Shown: piece after piece, positions 59,723-64,000 of the stretch
How positions within the stretch are numbered: the stretch's first letter is position 1
How the letters are laid out: the number at the start of each line of letters is the position of its first letter
Assembly (NCBI GenBank): GCA_964579125.1
Contig: CAZOFG010000006.1
Span: forward strand, 15,857-79,856
Direction of reading: 5' to 3'
DNA from: an uncultured Halobacteriales archaeon
GTDB taxonomy: Archaea > Halobacteriota > Halobacteria > Halobacteriales > SKSH01
DNA length: 64,000 nt
Position numbers and translations under genes: made by a program
The notes under the pieces: generated by a model
Databases searched by the model: none
What the model was told of the DNA's origin: nothing
The model's input: the letters and a program-made list of their open reading frames with translations, nothing else

Positions 59723-60826
59723 ATGGTCGTTCGCTCGCGACTCGTCCAGTGGTGTGTGGGTCTAACGGGGCTTTTACTCGCCGTTATCGTCGTAAGCGCC
59801 TCGATCGGTCCGGTCGATATTCATCCGGTGGCGGTCGCGAAAAGCATGCTCAACGCCGTTGCGATCCCAACAGACATCACATTTGTCGAAGGTGGCGAAG
59901 ATTCCTTTGCCAGTATCCTGGCCCCATGGGAGCTCATTCGGCTTGATTGGGCGCCGATCACGCAGTTCGAGGTACCTGAGACGCATCAAGACATCGTCGT
60001 TCATCTCCGACTCCCACGGATCATCCTCGCCGCCATTGTTGGATTCGCACTCGCCGGGGCCGGGACGGTGATGCAGGGCTTTTTCCGAAATCCCCTCGCC
60101 GATCCAGCCGTAATCGGGGTGTCATCGGGTGCAGCCGTCGGTGCTGTCCTGGCGATCTCTACGCCGGCGTTGCTACCGTTCGGTCTCGGTCCGGCCGCGT
60201 TCATCGGTGGGATCGGAACCGCGTTCTTGGTGTATTTGATTGCCACGGAGGACGGCCGGACACCGGTTCCGACGTTGTTACTCGCCGGTGTTGCCATTCA
60301 GACCTTTCTCGGCGCCGTAATTTCGTACCTCATCCTCCATAGCGGCGATAGCCTCCAGCAGGTCGTCTATTGGTTGATGGGGCATTTGCATAATAGCACC
60401 TGGCCTGATGTGTTGTTTGCGGCCCCCCTCACGCTCGGTCTGTTCGGGTTGATGGTGTTGTACGCGCGTGACCTGAACGTATTGTTGTTGGGTGAAGAGG
60501 ATGCACAGACGCTTGGCGTCCCCGTCGAGCGGACAAAACGCGTGCTCTTGGCGCTATCGAGTGCGATTACCGCGGCAGCGGTCGCCGTCTCTGGGGTTAT
60601 CGGGTTCGTCGGCTTGATCGTGCCACACATGTTGCGACTTGTCGTCGGGCCTGACCATCGCATTCTCTTGCCAACGGCTGCCCTCGGCGGCGCTTCGTTT
60701 TTGGTGATCGCTGATACGATCGCCAGGACGAATCCGGTCGAAGTTCCGGTCGGCATCGTCACAGCTGCCGTCGGGGCGCCCTTTTTCCTCTATTTACTCA
60801 AACGACGGCGGGTGCATGCGTTATGA
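59723..60826 (+). CDS. btuC: Cobalamin ABC transporter permease (FecCD/BtuC family)
   Basis: LRLPRI, FRNPLADP...GVSSGA, LGEEDAQTLG and GFVGLIVPH. Confidence 0.92.
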   Translation: MVVRSRLVQWCVGLTGLLLAVIVVSASIGPVDIHPVAVAKSMLNAVAIPTDITFVEGGEDSFASILAPWELIRLDWAPITQFEVPETHQDIVVHLRLPRIILAAIVGFALAGAGTVMQGFFRNPLADPAVIGVSSGAAVGAVLAISTPALLPFGLGPAAFIGGIGTAFLVYLIATEDGRTPVPTLLLAGVAIQTFLGAVISYLILHSGDSLQQVVYWLMGHLHNSTWPDVLFAAPLTLGLFGLMVLYARDLNVLLLGEEDAQTLGVPVERTKRVLLALSSAITAAAVAVSGVIGFVGLIVPHMLRLVVGPDHRILLPTAALGGASFLVIADTIARTNPVEVPVGIVTAAVGAPFFLYLLKRRRVHAL

Positions 60827-61644
60827 TCGAACTCGAAGCGGTAACGTTCAGTTATGACGAGACACCGGTTGTCGATGGGCTTTCATTGACCATCCAGGAT
60901 GGAGAATTGGTCGGACTCATCGGCCCCAATGGGGCGGGCAAAACGACGATTATCAGGTTAGTTGCGGGCACGGTTGAACCCGATCAGGGGGCCGTTCGAG
61001 TCGAAGGCGACGAGGTCTCTCGTCTGTCCTCCAAAGCAGTGAGTCAGCGGGTAGCTGTCGTACCGCAACGGTCGGAGCTCTCATTCGATTTTCAAGTCAG
61101 CGATGTGGTGTTGATGGGTCGACATCCGTATCGATCCAAACTTGATGCAGCCACTCCAGCGGATCGTGATCGGGTTGACACCGCGCTCGAGCTAACGGGA
61201 ACAAGCGACCTCGCGGAACGGCCGTTTTCGGCCATCAGCGGCGGTGAGCGCAAACGCGTCCTCTTCGCTCGGGCGATTGCCCAGGACACACCGAATCTCT
61301 TGTTAGACGAGCCGACGGCGAGTCTCGATATCAACCATCAGATCGAGGTCTTCTCGCTGGCAGCTGACTTCGTTGCCGACGAGATTGCGGTGTTAGCGGC
61401 GGTACACGATCTCGATATCGCGGCGAGGTTTTGCGATCGGCTCGTCTTGGTTCACGAGGGGGAGGTTCTTGCGAGTGGCTCGCCCGAAGCCGTATTGACA
61501 CCGTCGAGGCTCAAGCAGGCATACGGGATTGAAACGGAGGTCATCACGCATCCAGTTACGGGAGCCCCGACAGTGATTCCGGCCCCAACGGAGTCGGCTC
61601 GAGCCCTGCCATCCACCACCGACTCCAATCGAACTCCAGACTGA
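60823..61644 (+). CDS. btuD: ABC transporter ATP-binding protein
   Basis: GPNGAGKTT, ISGGERKRV, LLLDEPT and VHD. Confidence 0.92.
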   Translation: MIELEAVTFSYDETPVVDGLSLTIQDGELVGLIGPNGAGKTTIIRLVAGTVEPDQGAVRVEGDEVSRLSSKAVSQRVAVVPQRSELSFDFQVSDVVLMGRHPYRSKLDAATPADRDRVDTALELTGTSDLAERPFSAISGGERKRVLFARAIAQDTPNLLLDEPTASLDINHQIEVFSLAADFVADEIAVLAAVHDLDIAARFCDRLVLVHEGEVLASGSPEAVLTPSRLKQAYGIETEVITHPVTGAPTVIPAPTESARALPSTTDSNRTPD

Positions 61645-61684
61645 GTGTAGGGAACTATTTGGCACTGGGTAGCTTGCCCCCAGT

Positions 61685-62878
61685 ATGCGTCTGGTCGGGC
61701 GGGTTTCACATCCGCGGGTGGCAGTCACCGCGACAGCGGTAACTGGGCTTCTCTCGCTGGTGACGGGGGTGTTACACATTGCTGGGCGGGTTCCCCTGGC
61801 CATCGTGCATCCCACGATTCCAGATGTAGTCATTGACGCGGCTGGCTTCACTGGGGCGATGACCGGCTTTTTGCTGTTGTTTTTCGCCTGGTTGCTGTAT
61901 CAGCGGTTATGGATCGGCTGGATCGGCGCGTTGATTTTATTACCGCTGGCGACGGCGCAGGGCCTGATTCAAGCGAACGTCTTCTCGCTTCCACTCGTCG
62001 TCCTTTCCTCGGTAAGCCTCCCCGTTGTCGCCCTCAATCGTCGCTCATTCCGCCGCACGATATCAATGGATATCGCACAAATCGCGGCAGCTGTGACCGT
62101 CCTCGGGGCATTTGCATACGGGACCGTCGGCACGTATGCACTCAGAGATGAATTCATCGGCGTAAGTACACTTCTGGATGCGTTTTATTATACCGTCATC
62201 ACCGCGACGACCGTTGGATATGGTGATACAGCCGCTCAGACACAATTTGCCCGGTTATTCAGTATTACTGTCGTCGTGTTCGCGACAGCCAGTTTTGCGG
62301 TCGTCCTCGGTACCTTATTGGCACCAGCTCTCGAACGGCGGGTATCGAGTGCACTTGGTCGTATGACTGAATCCGAACTCGCGTCACTGACCGATCATCT
62401 CGTCGTCATCGGTGTCGGTTCGTTGACCGAACCGATGCTTACGGAGCTCCCGGGCGAGATGGAACACGTCATTATCGAAGACGATGAGGATTTGGTTGCG
62501 AGATTACGTAATCGGGGCTATCGCGTACTTGAGGGAAGCGGATCGGACGATGCGACCCTCAGGCGGGCCCAACTCACCCAAGCCCGCGCGGCGATTATCG
62601 CAACCGAGGACGATGCAACTGACGTGTTAGCCATTCTTACGGTGCGTGATATCGCACCGGACCTCCGGATCATTGGTGCGGCCAATAATGCGGAAAACGT
62701 CGCAAAGATGCGAAACGCTGGTGCGACGACTGTAATTAGTCCGGCGACGATCGGTGGCAAGTTAATGGCCGCCTCGGCCCTTCGCGAGCACGATTCCGAT
62801 ACATCGGCGGTTTCACCGATTGACGAGGAGGTTTCGGACGATATCGATACACTACTTGGTTCCGATGGCGGTCAGTGA
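61685..62878 (+). CDS. Potassium channel with C-terminal RCK/TrkA-N domain
   Basis: TTVGYGD selectivity filter; HLVVIGVG, GSGSDD and VISPATIGG. Confidence 0.92.
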   Translation: MRLVGRVSHPRVAVTATAVTGLLSLVTGVLHIAGRVPLAIVHPTIPDVVIDAAGFTGAMTGFLLLFFAWLLYQRLWIGWIGALILLPLATAQGLIQANVFSLPLVVLSSVSLPVVALNRRSFRRTISMDIAQIAAAVTVLGAFAYGTVGTYALRDEFIGVSTLLDAFYYTVITATTVGYGDTAAQTQFARLFSITVVVFATASFAVVLGTLLAPALERRVSSALGRMTESELASLTDHLVVIGVGSLTEPMLTELPGEMEHVIIEDDEDLVARLRNRGYRVLEGSGSDDATLRRAQLTQARAAIIATEDDATDVLAILTVRDIAPDLRIIGAANNAENVAKMRNAGATTVISPATIGGKLMAASALREHDSDTSAVSPIDEEVSDDIDTLLGSDGGQ

Positions 62879-63128
62879 GCGTTACGAGAATACGATTTCG
62901 AATTCCGTCGCTGATTCACGATTCACTCAGCGTCAGTTCTAGTTGATGCCATTCGGCGGGAACGATTTGTCATGAACCATTGGACGCCTCTTCTATGGTA
63001 CAATTTCCGGATCGATCACCGCTCGAGAGGAGGTGAGGCTTGTAGAATATAGCAAGACAATGTATTGTTGGAACAATTCCCCCGGATTGTGGGGCACTGT
63101 CGTCCCAATGCAGTTTGCAAATTACCGT

Positions 63129-63998
63129 TCAATATCTCCACTCAAGCCCGACGAGGTTCTTACTGGGCACAAGCGGACTGGTAGCAAGGTTCCCCCCGGG
63201 TTGTGGGTCGTTGTATTCCTTTGGAGCGACGTCGTTGGGCGCGTCCGGATAAAATAACGACGCGATCGATTGTATATGTTCCCGACCAACATCGAGTTCG
63301 AATTGCCCTCCACCGTACATTTGAATATCGTGGTCTAGACAGTATTCGATCGTCTCGAACAACGACTGAATGGATCCGAACCGGGATGGCTTGATATTGA
63401 GCCAGTTCGGTTCCCAAGGGAGGTCTTTGATCGTTCCGATACCCCGGATAGGGTAGTCCCAAGCAACTCGATCCTCGTGCTCGTTGAAGAGATTCCTCGT
63501 GTCGTCGGTCAACGCGGGATCTTCGATGATCGCATCGGGAAACCCCTCGATAATCCGTTTGTACAGAAGTGGATCAGCTGGTTGATCTACGGTAGTTCCA
63601 TGGTACTGCCCCTTGAGATCAAGCGTACGAACGGCGTCAGTAGCCGCCAATCGATCGACTGTTTCGGCCGTCCAGTCCGATGTCGGGTCGAGTTTGAATT
63701 CGAGATCTGAATTCCGGTCGAGCCAATCGAGGATACGTTCCCCCGTTGGTGGTTCGTCCAGTCGTGTACTGACGACAAATCTTACTGGTTTGTATGAACG
63801 ATTGAGTTGGTTGGCAAGATTTGTATTGGCTTGTTTTAACGCGAGATCCAATGTGGCGCTTTCGAAAGCCCATCGGCGATAGTTTCTAAAAATTGGTTGC
63901 TTTGGGTCGTCACCGAGGAATAAATCGAGTTCCGCTATTTCGGTTGAAAATTTATCGAGTGTGTATATTCCTTGAAGGGAATATGATTTTTGGAGTTG
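63129..63998 (-). CDS. Enolase-superfamily (MLE/OSBS-like) protein, 5' end beyond the window
   Basis: The frame stays open from the track's TTG at 63851 to the window edge (QLQKSYSLQGIYTLDKF...RNYRRWAFESATLDLA). FKLD, IIED, AWDY, NIKPS and GGQFE motifs. Confidence 0.8.
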   Translation of the reverse strand, partial: QLQKSYSLQGIYTLDKFSTEIAELDLFLGDDPKQPIFRNYRRWAFESATLDLALKQANTNLANQLNRSYKPVRFVVSTRLDEPPTGERILDWLDRNSDLEFKLDPTSDWTAETVDRLAATDAVRTLDLKGQYHGTTVDQPADPLLYKRIIEGFPDAIIEDPALTDDTRNLFNEHEDRVAWDYPIRGIGTIKDLPWEPNWLNIKPSRFGSIQSLFETIEYCLDHDIQMYGGGQFELDVGREHIQSIASLFYPDAPNDVAPKEYNDPQPGGNLATSPLVPSKNLVGLEWRY

Positions 63999-64000
63999 TT

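Noticed and set aside
63029-63257. Strong SD-like GGAGGTGA and the 74-aa plus-strand ORF
   Set aside because: The nearest TTG is followed immediately by TAG; the track ORF overlaps the enolase-like gene antisense and has non-halophilic composition.
1-64000. tRNA/rRNA genes, CRISPR arrays, IS elements, prophage or defence systems
   Set aside because: No cloverleaf, regular repeat-spacer pattern, transposase, integrase or terminal inverted repeats seen by eye; tRNAscan-SE, Infernal, a CRISPR finder and DefenseFinder would be needed to exclude them formally.

Overview
Haloarchaeal (class Halobacteria) chromosome segment of roughly 60% GC (estimated by eye), with an acidic proteome and dense, mostly housekeeping coding. 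It runs from the 3' end of the cytochrome bc (petB/petD) cluster through aglD, NfeD/SPFH, metG, psmB, an HD-amidohydrolase pair, birA/tyrS, the psmA-RNase P-SBDS superoperon, pyrBI, CYTH-mat, purD, dacZ-mscS, aglJ, a RecJ-like gene, elp3-rqcH-pelota, lhr, ppsA, mfnA, purM, rtcB, adk-MBF1-tpiA, a GT87/MFS insert, presenilin-gar1-srp19 and btuFCD to a K+ channel. It ends in a lower-GC enolase-superfamily gene that is cut by the right edge. By eye I found no tRNA, rRNA, CRISPR array, IS element or prophage, and no unambiguous new multi-gene system. The best leads are: three small ORFs missing from the ORF track; a RecJ-family gene with a Zn-finger/S1 N-terminus and a catalytically degenerate DHH core; a near-perfect palindromic operator; a 29% GC spacer with 20-bp-phased repeats; a JAMM-like protein that keeps the metal motif but lacks the catalytic Glu; and several suggestive gene couplings. 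Family and DUF names come from motif recall, not database searches. Start codons were adjusted by eye where the track ORF is over-extended.
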